Origin: Nemertoderma westbladi
Taxonomy: Eukaryota; Animalia; Xenacoelomorpha
Assembly (NCBI GenBank): GCA_032718475.1
Contig: JAUCBJ010009154.1
Location: 62,001-126,000, forward strand
Length of the DNA: 64,000 bases
Reading direction: 5' to 3'
The notes below the pieces were generated by a model. It did no database searches. It was not told where the DNA came from and saw nothing but the letters and a program-made list of their open reading frames with translations. The stretch's first letter is position 1. Each line of letters begins with the position of its first letter. The translations under genes were made by a program, and so were the position numbers. Of this stretch, positions 21,801 to 36,800 are shown one piece after another.

Positions 21801-24800
21801 CGCCATATTAACTTATCCTTTCGATCTTCCTCCTTTCGTTCTCTATAAATGAGTCCGCCATATTAACTTATCCTTTCGATCTTCCTCCTTTCGTTCTCTA
21901 TAAATGAGTCCGCCATATTAACTTATCCTTTCGATCTTCCTCCTTTCGTTCTCTATAAATGAGTCCGCCATATTAACTTATCCTTTCGATCTTCCTCCTT
22001 TCGTTCTCTATAAATGAGTCCGCCATATTAACTTATCCTTTCGATCTTCCTCCTTTCGTTCTCTATAAATGAGTCCGCCATATTAACTTATCCTTTCGAT
22101 CTTCCTCCTTTCGTTCTCTATAAATGAGTCCGCCATATTAACTTATCCTTTCGATCTTCCTCCTTTCCTTCTCTATAAATGAGTCCGCCATATTAACTTA
22201 TCCTTTCGATCTTCCTCCTTTCGTTCTCTATAAATGAGTCCGCCATATTAACTTATCCTTTCGATCTTCCTCCTTTCGTTCTCTATAAATGAGTCCGCCA
22301 TATTAACTTATCCTTTCGATCTTCCTCCTTTCGTTCTCTATAAATGAGTCCGCCATATTAACTTATCCTTTCGATCTTCCTCCTTTCGTTCTCTATAAAT
22401 GAGTCCGCCATATTAACTTATCCTTTCGATCTTCCTCCTTTCCTTCTCTATAAATGAGTCCGCCATATTAACTTATCCTTTCGATCTTCCTCCTTTCGTT
22501 CTCTATAAATGAGTCCGCCATATTAACTTATCCTTTCGATCTTCCTCCTTTCGTTCTCTATAAATGAGTCCGCCATATTAACTTATCCTTTCGATCTTCC
22601 TCCTTTCGTTCTCTATAAATGAGTCCGCCATATTAACTTATCCTTTCGATCTTCCTCCTTTCGTTCTCTATAAATGAGTCCGCCATATTAACTTATCCTT
22701 TTGATCTTCCTCCTTTCGTTCTCTATAAATGAGTCCGCCATATTAACTTATCCTTTCGATCTTCCTCCTTTCGTTCTCTATAAATGAGTCCGCCATATTA
22801 ACTTATCCTTTCGATCTTCCTCCTTTCGTTCTCTATAAATGAGTCCGCCATATTAACTTATCCTTTCGATCTTCCTCCTTTCGTTCTCTATAAATGAGTC
22901 CGCCATATTAACTTATCCTTTCGATCTTCCTCCTTTCGTTCTCTATAAATGAGTCCGCCATATTAACTTATCCTTTCGATCTTCCTCCTTTCCTTCTCTA
23001 TAAATGAGTCCGCCATATTAACTTATCCTTTCGATCTTCCTCCTTTCGTTCTCTATAAATGAGTCCGCCATATTAACTTATCCTTTCGATCTTCCTCCTT
23101 TCGTTCTCTATAAATGAGTCCGCCATATTAACTTATCCTTTCGATCTTCCTCCTTTCGTTCTCTATAAATGAGTCCGCCATATTAACTTATCCTTTCGAT
23201 CTTCCTCCTTTCGTTCTCTATAAATGAGTCCGCCATATTAACTTATCCTTTCGATCTTCCTCCTTTCGTTCTCTATAAATGAGTCCGCCATATTAACTTA
23301 TCCTTTCGATCTTCCTCCTTTCGTTCTCTATAAATGAGTCCGCCATATTAACTTATCCTTTCGATCTTCCTCCTTTCGTTCTCTATAAATGAGTCCGCCA
23401 TATTAACTTATCCTTTCGATCTTCCTCCTTTCGTTCTCTATAAATGAGTCCGCCATATTAACTTATCCTTTCGATCTTCCTCCTTTCGTTCTCTATAAAT
23501 GAGTCCGCCATATTAACTTATCCTTTCGATCTTCCTCCTTTCGTTCTCTATAAATGAGTCCGCCATATTAACTTATCCTTTCGATCTTCCTCCTTTCGTT
23601 CTCTATAAATGAGTCCGCCATATTAACTTATCCTTTCGATCTTCCTCCTTTCGTTCTCTATAAATGAGTCCGCCATATTAACTTATCCTTTCGATCTTCC
23701 TCCTTTCGTTCTCTATAAATGAGTCCGCCATATTAACTTATCCTTTCGATCTTCCTCCTTTCGTTCTCTATAAATGAGTCCGCCATATTAACTTATCCTT
23801 TCGATCTTCCTCCTTTCGTTCTCTATAAATGAGTCCGCCATATTAACTTATCCTTTCGATCTTCCTCCTTTCGTTCTCTATAAATGAGTCCGCCATATTA
23901 ACTTATCCTTTCGATCTTCCTCCTTTCGTTCTCTATAAATGAGTCCGCCATATTAACTTATCCTTTCGATCTTCCTCCTTTCGTTCTCTATAAATGAGTC
24001 CGCCATATTAACTTATCCTTTCGATCTTCCTCCTTTCGTTCTCTATAAATGAGTCCGCCATATTAACTTATCCTTTCGATCTTCCTCCTTTCGTTCTCTA
24101 TAAATGAGTCCGCCATATTAACTTATCCTTTCGATCTTCCTCCTTTCGTTCTCTATAAATGAGTCCGCCATATTAACTTATCCTTTCGATCTTCCTCCTT
24201 TCGTTCTCTATAAATGAGTCCGCCATATTAACTTATCCTTTCGATCTTCCTCCTTTCGTTCTCTATAAATGAGTCCGCCATATTAACTTATCCTTTCGAT
24301 CTTCCTCCTTTCCTTCTCTATAAATGAGTCCGCCATATTAACTTATCCTTTCGATCTTCCTCCTTTCGTTCTCTATAAATGAGTCCGCCATATTAACTTA
24401 TCCTTTCGATCTTCCTCCTTTCCTTCTCTATAAATGAGTCCGCCATATTAACTTATCCTTTCGATCTTCCTCCTTTCGTTCTCTATAAATGAGTCCGCCA
24501 TATTAACTTATCCTTTCGATCTTCCTCCTTTCGTTCTCTATAAATGAGTCCGCCATATTAACTTATCCTTTCGATCTTCCTCCTTTCGTTCTCTATAAAT
24601 GAGTCCGCCATATTAACTTATCCTTTCCTTCTCTATAAATGAGTCCGCCATATTAACTTATACTTTCTTTGCTATAAATGAGTCCGCCATATTAACTTAT
24701 CCTTTCCTTCTCTATAAATGAGTCCGCCATATTAACTTATACTTTCTTTGCTATAAATGAGTCCGCCATATTAACTTATCCTTTCCTTCTCTATAAATGA

Positions 24801-27800
24801 GTCCGCCATATTAACTTATACTTTCTTTGCTATAAATGAGTCCGCCATATTAACTTATCCTTTCTTTGCTATAAATGAGTCCGCCATATTAACTTATCCT
24901 TTCCTTCTCTATAAATGAGTCCGCCATATTAACTTATCCTTTCGATCTTCCTCCTTTCGTTCTCTATAAATGAGTCCGCCATATTAACTTATCCTTTCGA
25001 TCTTCCTCCTTTCGTTCTCTATAAATGAGTCCGCCATATTAACTTATCCTTTCGATCTTCCTCCTTTCGTTCTCTATAAATGAGTCCGCCATATTAACTT
25101 ATCCTTTCGATCTTCCTCCTTTCGTTCTCTATAAATGAGTCCGCCATATTAACTTATCCTTTCGATCTTCCTCCTTTCGTTCTCTATAAATGAGTCCGCC
25201 ATATTAACTTATCCTTTCGTTCTCTATAAATGAGTCCGCCATATTAACTTATCCTTTCGATCTTCCTCCTTTCGTTCTCTATAAATGAGTCCGCCATATT
25301 AACTTATCCTTTCGATCTTCCTCCTTTCGTTCTCTATAAATGAGTCCGCCATATTAACTTATCCTTTCGATCTTCCTCCTTTCGTTCTCTATAAATGAGT
25401 CCGCCATATTAACTTATCCTTTCGATCTTCCTCCTTTCGTTCTCTATAAATGAGTCCGCCATATTAACTTATCCTTTCGATCTTCCTCCTTTCCTTCTCT
25501 ATAAATGAGTCCGCCATATTAACTTATCCTTTCGATCTTCCTCCTTTCGTTCTCTATAAATGAGTCCGCCATATTAACTTATCCTTTCGATCTTCCTCCT
25601 TTCGTTCTCTATAAATGAGTCCGCCATATTAACTTATACTTTCGATCTTCCTCCTTTCGTTCTCTATAAATGAGTCCGCCATATTAACTTATCCTTTCGA
25701 TCTTCCTCCTTTCGTTCTCTATAAATGAGTCCGCCATATTAACTTATCCTTTCTTTGCTATAAATGAGTCCGCCATATTAACTTATCCTTTCCTTCTCTA
25801 TAAATGAGTCCGCCATATTAACTTATACTTTCTTTGCTATAAATGAGTCCGCCATATTAACTTATCCTTTCTTTGCTATAAATGAGTCCGCCATATTAAC
25901 TTATCCTTTCCTTCTCTATAAATGAGTCCGCCATATTAACTTATCCTTTCGATCTTCCTCCTTTCGTTCTCTATAAATGAGTCCGCCATATTAACTTATC
26001 CTTTCGATCTTCCTCCTTTCGTTCTCTATAAATGAGTCCGCCATATTAACTTATCCTTTCGATCTTCCTCCTTTCGTTCTCTATAAATGAGTCCGCCATA
26101 TTAACTTATCCTTTCGATCTTCCTCCTTTCGTTCTCTATAAATGAGTCCGCCATATTAACTTATCCTTTCGATCTTCCTCCTTTCGTTCTCTATAAATGA
26201 GTCCGCCATATTAACTTATCCTTTCGATCTTCCTCCTTTCGTTCTCTATAAATGAGTCCGCCATATTAACTTATCCTTTCGATCTTCCTCCTTTCGTTCT
26301 CTATAAATGAGTCCGCCATATTAACTTATCCTTTCGATCTTCCTCCTTTCGTTCTCTATAAATGAGTCCGCCATATTAACTTATCCTTTCGATCTTCCTC
26401 CTTTCGTTCTCTATAAATGAGTCCGCCATATTAACTTATCCTTTCGATCTTCCTCCTTTCGTTCTCTATAAATGAGTCCGCCATATTAACTTATCCTTTC
26501 GATCTTCCTCCTTTCGTTCTCTATAAATGAGTCCGCCATATTAACTTATCCTTTCCTTCTCTATAAATGAGTCCGCCATATTAACTTATACTTTCTTTGC
26601 TATAAATGAGTCCGCCATATTAACTTATCCTTTCCTTCTCTATAAATGAGTCCGCCATATTAACTTATACTTTCTTTGCTATAAATGAGTCCGCCATATT
26701 AACTTATCCTTTCCTTCTCTATAAATGAGTCCGCCATATTAACTTATACTTTCTTTGCTATAAATGAGTCCGCCATATTAACTTATCCTTTCTTTGCTAT
26801 AAATGAGTCCGCCATATTAACTTATCCTTTCCTTCTCTATAAATGAGTCCGCCATATTAACTTATCCTTTCGATCTTCCTCCTTTCGTTCTCTATAAATG
26901 AGTCCGCCATATTAACTTATCCTTTCGATCTTCCTCCTTTCGTTCTCTATAAATGAGTCCGCCATATTAACTTATCCTTTCGATCTTCCTCCTTTCGTTC
27001 TCTATAAATGAGTCCGCCATATTAACTTATCCTTTCGATCTTCCTCCTTTCGTTCTCTATAAATGAGTCTGCCATATTAACTTATCCTTTCGATCTTCCT
27101 CCTTTCCTTCTCTATAAATGAGTCCGCCATATTAACTTATCCTTTCGATCTTCCTCCTTTCGTTCTCTATAAATGAGTCCGCCATATTAACTTATCCTTT
27201 CGATCTTCCTCCTTTCGTTCTCTATAAATGAGTCCGCCATATTAACTTATACTTTCGATCTTCCTCCTTTCGTTCTCTATAAATGAGTCCGCCATATTAA
27301 CTTATCCTTTCGTTCTCTATAAATGAGTCCGCCATATTAACTTATCCTTTCTTTGCTATAAATGAGTCCGCCATATTAACTTATCCTTTCTTTGCTATAA
27401 ATGAGTCCGCCATATTAACTTATCCTTTCTTTGCTATAAATGAGTCCGCCATATTAACTTATCCTTTCTTTGCTATAAATGAGTCCGCCATATTAACTTA
27501 TCCTTTCGATCTTCCTCCTTTCGTTCTCTATAAATGAGTCCGCCATATTAACTTATCCTTTCGATCTTCCTCCTTTCGTTCTCTATAAATGAGTCCGCCA
27601 TATTAACTTATACTTTCGATCTTCCTCCTTTCGTTCTCTATAAATGAGTCCGCCATATTAACTTATCCTTTCGTTCTCTATAAATGAGTCCGCCATATTA
27701 ACTTATCCTTTCTTTGCTATAAATGAGTCCGCCATATTAACTTATCCTTTCTTTGCTATAAATGAGTCCGCCATATTAACTTATCCTTTCGATCTTCCTC

Positions 27801-30800
27801 CTTTCGTTCTCTATAAATGAGTCCGCCATATTAACTTATCCTTTCGATCTTCCTCCTTTCGTTCTCTATAAATGAGTCCGCCATATTAACTTATACTTTC
27901 GATCTTCCTCCTTTCGTTCTCTATAAATGAGTCCGCCATATTAACTTATCCTTTCTTTGCTATAAATGAGTCCGCCATATTAACTTATCCTTTCGATCTT
28001 CCTCCTTTCGTTCTCTATAAATGAGTCCGCCATATTAACTTATACTTTCTTTGCTATAAATGAGTCCGCCATATTAACTTATCCTTTCGATCTTCCTCCT
28101 TTCGTTCTCTATAAATGAGTCCGCCATATTAACTTATACTTTCGATCTTCCTCCTTTCGTTCTCTATAAATGAGTCCGCCATATTAACTTATCCTTTCTT
28201 TGCTATAAATGAGTCCGCCATATTAACTTATCCTTTCTTTGCTATAAATGAGTCCGCCATATTAACTTATCCTTTCTTTGCTATAAATGAGTCCGCCATA
28301 TTAACTTATCCTTTCGATCTTCCTCCTTTCGTTCTCTATAAATGAGTCCGCCATATTAACTTATCCTTTCGATCTTCCTCCTTTCGTTCTCTATAAATGA
28401 GTCCGCCATATTAACTTATCCTTTCGATCTTCCTCCTTTCGTTCTCTATAAATGAGTCCGCCATATTAATTCCTCCTTTCGTTCTCTATAAATGAGTCCG
28501 CCATATTAACTTATCCTTTCGATCTTCCTCCTTTCGTTCTCTATAAATGAGTCCGCCATATTAACTTATCCTTTCGATCTTCCTCCTTTCGTTCTCTATA
28601 AATGAGTCCGCCATATTAACTTATCCTTTCTTTGCTATAAATGAGTCCGCCATATTAACTTATCCTTTCTTTGCTATAAATGAGTCCGCCATATTAACTT
28701 ATCCTTTCTTTGCTATAAATGAGTCCGCCATATTAACTTATCCTTTCTTTGCTATAAATGAGTCCGCCATATTAACTTATCCTTTCGATCTTCCTCCTTT
28801 CGTTCTCTATAAATAAGTCCGCCATATTAACTTATACTTTCGATCTTCCTCCTTTCGTTCTCTATAAATGAGTCCGCCATATTAACTTATCCTTTCGATC
28901 TTCCTCCTTTCGTTCTCTATAAATGAGTCCGCCATATTAACTTATCCTTTCGATCTTCCTCCTTTCGTTCTCTATAAATGAGTCCGCCATATTAACTTAT
29001 CCTTTCGTTCTCTATAAATGAGTCCGCCATATTAACTTATCCTTTCTTTGCTATAAATGAGTCCGCCATATTAACTTATACTTTCGATCTTCCTCCTTTC
29101 GTTCTCTATAAATGAGTCCGCCATATTAACTTATCCTTTCGTTCTCTATAAATGAGTCCGCCATATTAACTTATCCTTTCTTTGCTATAAATGAGTCCGC
29201 CATATTAACTTATCCTTTCGTTCTCTATAAATGAGTCCGCCATATTAACTTATCCTTTCTTTGCTATAAATGAGTCCGCCATATTAACTTATCCTTTCTT
29301 TGCTATAAATGAGTCCGCCGTATTAACTTATCCTTTCGATCTTCCTCCTTTCGTTCTCTATAAATGAGTCCGCCATATTAACTTATCCTTTCTTTGCTAT
29401 AAATGAGTCCGCCGTATTAACTTATCCTTTCGATCTTCCTCCTTTCGTTCTCTATAAATGAGTCCGCCATATTAACTTATCCTTTCTTTGCTATAAATGA
29501 GTCCGCCATATTAACTTATCCTTTCTTTGCTATAAATGAGTCCGCCATATTAACTTATCCTTTCTTTGCTATAAATGAGTCCGACATATTAACTTATCCT
29601 TTCGATCTTCCTCCTTTCGTTCTCTATAAATGAGTCCGCCATATTAACTTATCCTTTCGTTCTCTATAAATGAGTCCGCCATATTAACTTATCCTTTCTT
29701 TGCTATAAATGAGTCCGCCATATTAACTTATCCTTTCGTTCTCTATAAATGAGTCCGCCATATTAACTTATCCTTTCTTTGCTATAAATGAGTCCGCCAT
29801 ATTAACTTATCCTTTCTTTGCTATAAATGAGTCCGCCGTATTAACTTATCCTTTCGATCTTCCTCCTTTCGTTCTCTATAAATGAGTCCGCCATATTAAC
29901 TTATCCTTTCTTTGCTATAAATGAGTCCGCCGTATTAACTTATCCTTTCGATCTTCCTCCTTTCGTTCTCTATAAATGAGTCCGCCATATTAACTTATCC
30001 TTTCTTTGCTATAAATGAGTCCGCCATATTAACTTATCCTTTCTTTGCTATAAATGAGTCCGCCGTATTAACTTATCCTTTCGATCTTCCTCCTTTCGTT
30101 CTCTATAAATGAGTCCGCCATATTAACTTATCCTTTCCTTCTCTATAAATGAGTCCGCCATATTAACTTATACTTTCTTTGCTATAAATGAGTCCGCCAT
30201 ATTAACTTATCCTTTCTTTGCTATAAATGAGTCCGCCATATTAACTTATCCTTTCCTTCTCTATAAATGAGTCCGCCATATTAACTTATACTTTCGATCT
30301 TCCTCCTTTCGTTCTCTATAAATGAGTCCGCCATATTAACTTATCCTTTCGTTCTCTATAAATGAGTCCGCCATATTAACTTATCCTTTCTTTGCTATAA
30401 ATGAGTCCGCCATATTAACTTATCCTTTCTTTGCTATAAATGAGTCCGCCATATTAACTTATCCTTTCGATCTTCCTCCTTTCGTTCTCTATAAATGAGT
30501 CCGCCATATTAACTTATCCTTTCGATCTTCCTCCTTTCGTTCTCTATAAATGAGTCCGCCATATTAACTTATACTTTCGATCTTCCTCCTTTCGTTCTCT
30601 ATAAATGAGTCCGACATATTAACTTATCCTTTCGATCTTCCTCCTTTCGTTCTCTATAAATGAGTCCGCCATATTAACTTATCCTTTCGTTCTCTATAAA
30701 TGAGTCCGCCATATTAACTTATCCTTTCTTTGCTATAAATGAGTCCGCCATATTAACTTATCCTTTCGTTCTCTATAAATGAGTCCGCCATATTAACTTA

Positions 30801-33800
30801 TCCTTTCTTTGCTATAAATGAGTCCGCCATATTAACTTATCCTTTCTTTGCTATAAATGAGTCCGCCGTATTAACTTATCCTTTCGATCTTCCTCCTTTC
30901 GTTCTCTATAAATGAGTCCGCCATATTAACTTATCCTTTCTTTGCTATAAATGAGTCCGCCATATTAACTTATCCTTTCTTTGCTATAAATGAGTCCGCC
31001 GTATTAACTTATCCTTTCTTTGCTATAAATGAGTCCGCCGTATTAACTTATCCTTTCGATCTTCCTCCTTTCGTTCTCTATAAATGAGTCCGCCATATTA
31101 ACTTATCCTTTCTTTGCTATAAATGAGTCCGCCATATTAACTTATCCTTTCTTTGCTATAAATGAGTCCGCCGTATTAACTTATCCTTTCGATCTTCCTC
31201 CTTTCGTTCTCTATAAATGAGTCCGCCATATTAACTTATCCTTTCTTTGCTATAAATGAGTCCGCCATATTAACTTATCCTTTCTTTGCTATAAATGAGT
31301 CCGCCATATTAACTTATCCTTTCGATCTTCCTCCTTTCGTTCTCTATAAATGAGTCCGCCATATTAACTTATCCTTTCGATCTTCCTCCTTTCCTTCTCT
31401 ATAAATGAGTCCGCCATATTAACTTATCCTTTCGATCTTCCTCCTTTCGTTCTCTATAAATGAGTCCGCCATATTAACTTATCCTTTCGATCTTCCTCCT
31501 TTCGTTCTCTATAAATGAGTCCGCCATATTAACTTATCCTTTCGTTCTCTATAAATGAGTCCGCCATATTAACTTATCCTTTCGTTCTCTATAAATGAGT
31601 CCGCCATATTAACTTATCCTTTCTTTGCTATAAATGAGTCCGCCATATTAACTTATCCTTTCGATCTTCCTCCTTTCCTTCTCTATAAATGAGTCCGCCA
31701 TATTAACTTATACTTTCGATCTTCCTCCTTTCGTTCTCTATAAATGAGTCCGCCGTATTAACTTATCCTTTCGATCTTCCTCCTTTCGTTCTCTATAAAT
31801 GAGTCCGCCATATTAACTTATCCTTTCGTTCTCTATAAATGAGTCCGCCATATTAACTTATCCTTTCTTTGCTATAAATGAGTCCGCCATATTAACTTAT
31901 CCTTTCGTTCTCTATAAATGAGTCCGCCGTATTAACTTATCCTTTCGATCTTCCTCCTTTCGTTCTCTATAAATGAGTCCGCCATATTAACTTATCCTTT
32001 CGATCTTCCTCCTTTCGTTCTCTATAAATGAGTCCGGCATATTAACTTATCCTTTCTTTGCTATAAATGAGTCCGCCATATTAACTTATACTTTCGATCT
32101 TCCTCCTTTCGTTCTCTATAAATGAGTCCGCCATATTAACTTATCCTTTCGATCTTCCTCCTTTCGTTCTCTATAAATGAGTCCGCCATATTAACTTATC
32201 CTTTCGATCTTCCTCCTTTCGTTCTCTATAAATGAGTCCGCCATATTAATTCCTCCTTTCGTTCTCTATAAATGAGTCCGCCATATTAACTTATCCTTTC
32301 GATCTTCCTCCTTTCGTTCTCTATAAATGAGTCCGCCATATTAACTTATCCTTTCTTTGCTATAAATGAGTCCGCCATATTAACTTATCCTTTCGATCTT
32401 CCTCCTTTCGTTCTCTATAAATGAGTCCGCCATATTAACTTATCCTTTCGATCTTCCTCCTTTCGTTCTCTATAAATGAGTCCGCCATATTAACTTATCC
32501 TTTCGATCTTCCTCCTTTCGTTCTCTATAAATGAGTCCGCCATATTAACTTATCCTTTCGATCTTCCTCCTTTCGTTCTCTATAAATGAGTCCGCCATAT
32601 TAACTTATCCTTTCGATCTTCCTCCTTTCGTTCTCTATAAATGAGTCCGCCATATTAACTTATCCTTTCGATCTTCCTCCTTTCGTTCTCTATAAATGAG
32701 TCCGCCATATTAACTTATCCTTTCGATCTTCCTCCTTTCCTTCTCTATAAATGAGTCCGCCATATTAACTTATCCTTTCGATCTTCCTCCTTTCCTTCTC
32801 TATAAATGAGTCCGCCATATTAACTTATCCTTTCTTTGCTATAAATGAGTCCGCCATATTAACTTATCCTTTCTTTGCTATAAATGAGTCCGCCATATTA
32901 ACTTATCCTTTCTTTGCTATAAATGAGTCCGCCATATTAACTTATCCTTTCGTTCTCTATAAATGAGTCCGCCATATTAACTTATCCTTTCTTTGCTATA
33001 AATGAGTCCGCCATATTAACTTATCCTTTCTTTGCTATAAATGAGTCCGCCATATTAACTTATCCTTTCTTTGCTATAAATGAGTCCGCCATATTAACTT
33101 ATCATTTCTTTGCTATAAATGAGTCCGCCATATTAACTTATCCTTTCTTTGCTATAAATGAGTCCGCCATATTAACTTATCCTTTCTTTGCTATAAATGA
33201 GTCCGCCATATTAACTTATCCTTTCCTTCTCTATAAATGAGTCCGCCATATTAACTTATACTTTCTTTGCTATAAATGAGTCCGCCATATTAACTTATCC
33301 TTTCTTTGCTATAAATGAGTCCGCCATATTAACTTATCCTTTCCTTCTCTATAAATGAGTCCGCCATATTAACTTATACTTTCGATCTTCCTCCTTTCGT
33401 TCTCTATAAATGAGTCCGCCATATTAACTTATCCTTTCGTTCTCTATAAATGAGTCCGCCATATTAACTTATCCTTTCTTTGCTATAAATGAGTCCGCCA
33501 TATTAACTTATCCTTTCGTTCTCTATAAATGAGTCCGCCGTATTAACTTATCCTTTCGATCTTCCTCCTTTCGTTCTCTATAAATGAGTCCGCCATATTA
33601 ACTTATCCTTTCGTTCTCTATAAATGAGTCCGCCATATTAACTTATCCTTTCTTTGCTATAAATGAGTCCGCCATATTAACTTATCCTTTCGTTCTCTAT
33701 AAATGAGTCCGCCGTATTAACTTATCCTTTCGATCTTCCTCCTTTCGTTCTCTATAAATGAGTCCGCCATATTAACTTATCCTTTCGATCTTCCTCCTTT

Positions 33801-36800
33801 CGTTCTCTATAAATGAGTCCGCCATATTAACTTATCCTTTCGATCTTCCTCCTTTCGTTCTCTATAAATGAGTCCGCCATATTAACTTATCCTTTCGATC
33901 TTCCTCCTTTCGTTCTCTATAAATGAGTCCGCCATATTAACTTATCCTTTCGATCTTCCTCCTTTCGTTCTCTATAAATGAGTCCGCCATATTAACTTAT
34001 CCTTTCGATCTTCCTCCTTTCGTTCTCTATAAATGAGTCCGCCATATTAACTTATCCTTTCGATCTTCCTCCTTTCCTTCTCTATAAATGAGTCCGCCAT
34101 ATTAACTTATCCTTTCGATCTTCCTCCTTTCGTTCTCTATAAATGAGTCCGCCATATTAACTTATCCTTTCGATCTTCCTCCTTTCGTTCTCTATAAATG
34201 AGTCCGCCATATTAACTTATCCTTTCGATCTTCCTCCTTTCGTTCTCTATAAATGAGTCCGCCATATTAACTTATCCTTTCGATCTTCCTCCTTTCGTTC
34301 TCTATAAATGAGTCCGCCATATTAATTCCTCCTTTCGTTCTCTATAAATGAGTCCGCCATATTAACTTATCCTTTCTTTGCTATAAATGAGTCCGCCATA
34401 TTAACTTATCCTTTCGTTCTCTATAAATGAGTCCGCCGTATTAACTTATCCTTTCGATCTTCCTCCTTTCGTTCTCTATAAATGAGTCCGCCATATTAAC
34501 TTATCCTTTCGATCTTCCTCCTTTCGTTCTCTATAAATGAGTCCGCCATATTAACTTATCCTTTCGATCTTCCTCCTTTCCTTCTCTATAAATGAGTCCG
34601 CCATATTAACTTATCCTTTCGATCTTCCTCCTTTCCTTCTCTATAAATGAGTCCGACATATTAACTTATCCTTTCGATCTTCCTCCTTTCGTTCTCTATA
34701 AATGAGTCCGCCATATTAACTTATCCTTTCGATCTTCCTCCTTTCGTTCTCTATAAATGAGTCCGCCATATTAACTTATCCTTTCTTTGCTATAAATGAG
34801 TCCGCCATATTAACTTATCCTTTCCTTCTCTATAAATGAGTCCGCCATATTAACTTATCCTTTCTTTGCTATAAATGAGTCCGCCATATTAACTTATACT
34901 TTCGATCTTCCTCCTTTCGTTCTCTATAAATGAGTCCGCCATATTAACTTATCCTTTCGATCTTCCTCCTTTCGTTCTCTATAAATGAGTCCGCCATATT
35001 AACTTATCCTTTCGATCTTCCTCCTTTCGTTCTCTATAAATGAGTCCGCCATATTAACTTATCCTTTCGTTCTCTATAAATGAGTCCGCCATATTAACTT
35101 ATCCTTTCTTTGCTATAAATGAGTCCGCCATATTAACTTATCCTTTCTTTGCTATAAATGAGTCCGCCATATTAACTTATACTTTCGATCTTCCTCCTTT
35201 CGTTCTCTATAAATGAGTCCGCCATATTAACTTATCCTTTCGATCTTCCTCCTTTCGTTCTCTATAAATGAGTCCGCCATATTAACTTATCCTTTCGATC
35301 TTCCTCCTTTCGTTCTCTATAAATGAGTCCGCCATATTAACTTATCCTTTCGATCTTCCTCCTTTCGTTCTCTATAAATGAGTCCGCCATATTAACTTAT
35401 CCTTTCGATCTTCCTCCTTTCGTTCTCTATAAATGAGTCCGCCATATTAACTTATCCTTTCGTTCTCTATAAATGAGTCCGCCATATTAACTTATCCTTT
35501 CGATCTTCCTCCTTTCGTTCTCTATAAATGAGTCCGCCATATTAACTTATCCTTTCGTTCTCTATAAATGAGTCCGCCATATTAACTTATCCTTTCTTTG
35601 CTATAAATGAGTCCGCCATATTAACTTATCCTTTCTTTGCTATAAATGAGTCCGCCATATTAACTTATACTTTCGATCTTCCTCCTTTCGTTCTCTATAA
35701 ATGAGTCCGCCATATTAACTTATCCTTTCGATCTTCCTCCTTTCGTTCTCTATAAATGAGTCCGCCATATTAACTTATCCTTTCGTTCTCTATAAATGAG
35801 TCCGCCATATTAACTTATCCTTTCGATCTTCCTCCTTTCGTTCTCTATAAATGAGTCCGCCATATTAACTTATCCTTTCGTTCTCTATAAATGAGTCCGC
35901 CATATTAACTTATCCTTTCGATCTTCCTCCTTTCGTTCTCTATAAATGAGTCCGCCATATTAACTTATCCTTTCGATCTTCCTCCTTTCGTTCTCTATAA
36001 ATGAGTCCGCCATATTAACTTATCCTTTCGTTCTCTATAAATGAGTCCGCCATATTAACTTATCCTTTCGATCTTCCTCCTTTCGTTCTCTATAAATGAG
36101 TCCGCCATATTAACTTATCCTTTCTTTGCTATAAATGAGTCCGCCATATTAACTTATCCTTTCCTTCTCTATAAATGAGTCCGCCATATTAACTTATCCT
36201 TTCGATCTTCCTCCTTTCGTTCTCTATAAATGAGTCCGCCATATTAACTTATCCTTTCGATCTTCCTCCTTTCGTTCTCTATAAATGAGTCCGCCATATT
36301 AACTTATCCTTTCGATCTTCCTCCTTTCGTTCTCTATAAATGAGTCCGCCATATTAACTTATCCTTTCGTTCTCTATAAATGAGTCCGCCATATTAACTT
36401 ATCCTTTCTTTGCTATAAATGAGTCCGCCATATTAACTTATACTTTCGATCTTCCTCCTTTCGTTCTCTATAAATGAGTCCGCCATATTAACTTATCCTT
36501 TCTTTGCTATAAATGAGTCCGCCATATTAACTTATCCTTTCGATCTTCCTCCTTTCCTTCTCTATAAATGAGTCCGCCATATTAACTTATCCTTTCGATC
36601 TTCCTCCTTTCGTTCTCTATAAATGAGTCCGCCATATTAACTTATCCTTTCGATCTTCCTCCTTTCGTTCTCTATAAATGAGTCCGCCATATTAACTTAT
36701 CCTTTCGATCTTCCTCCTTTCCTTCTCTATAAATGAGTCCGCCATATTAACTTATCCTTTCGATCTCTATAAATGAGTCCGCCATATTAACTTATCCTTT

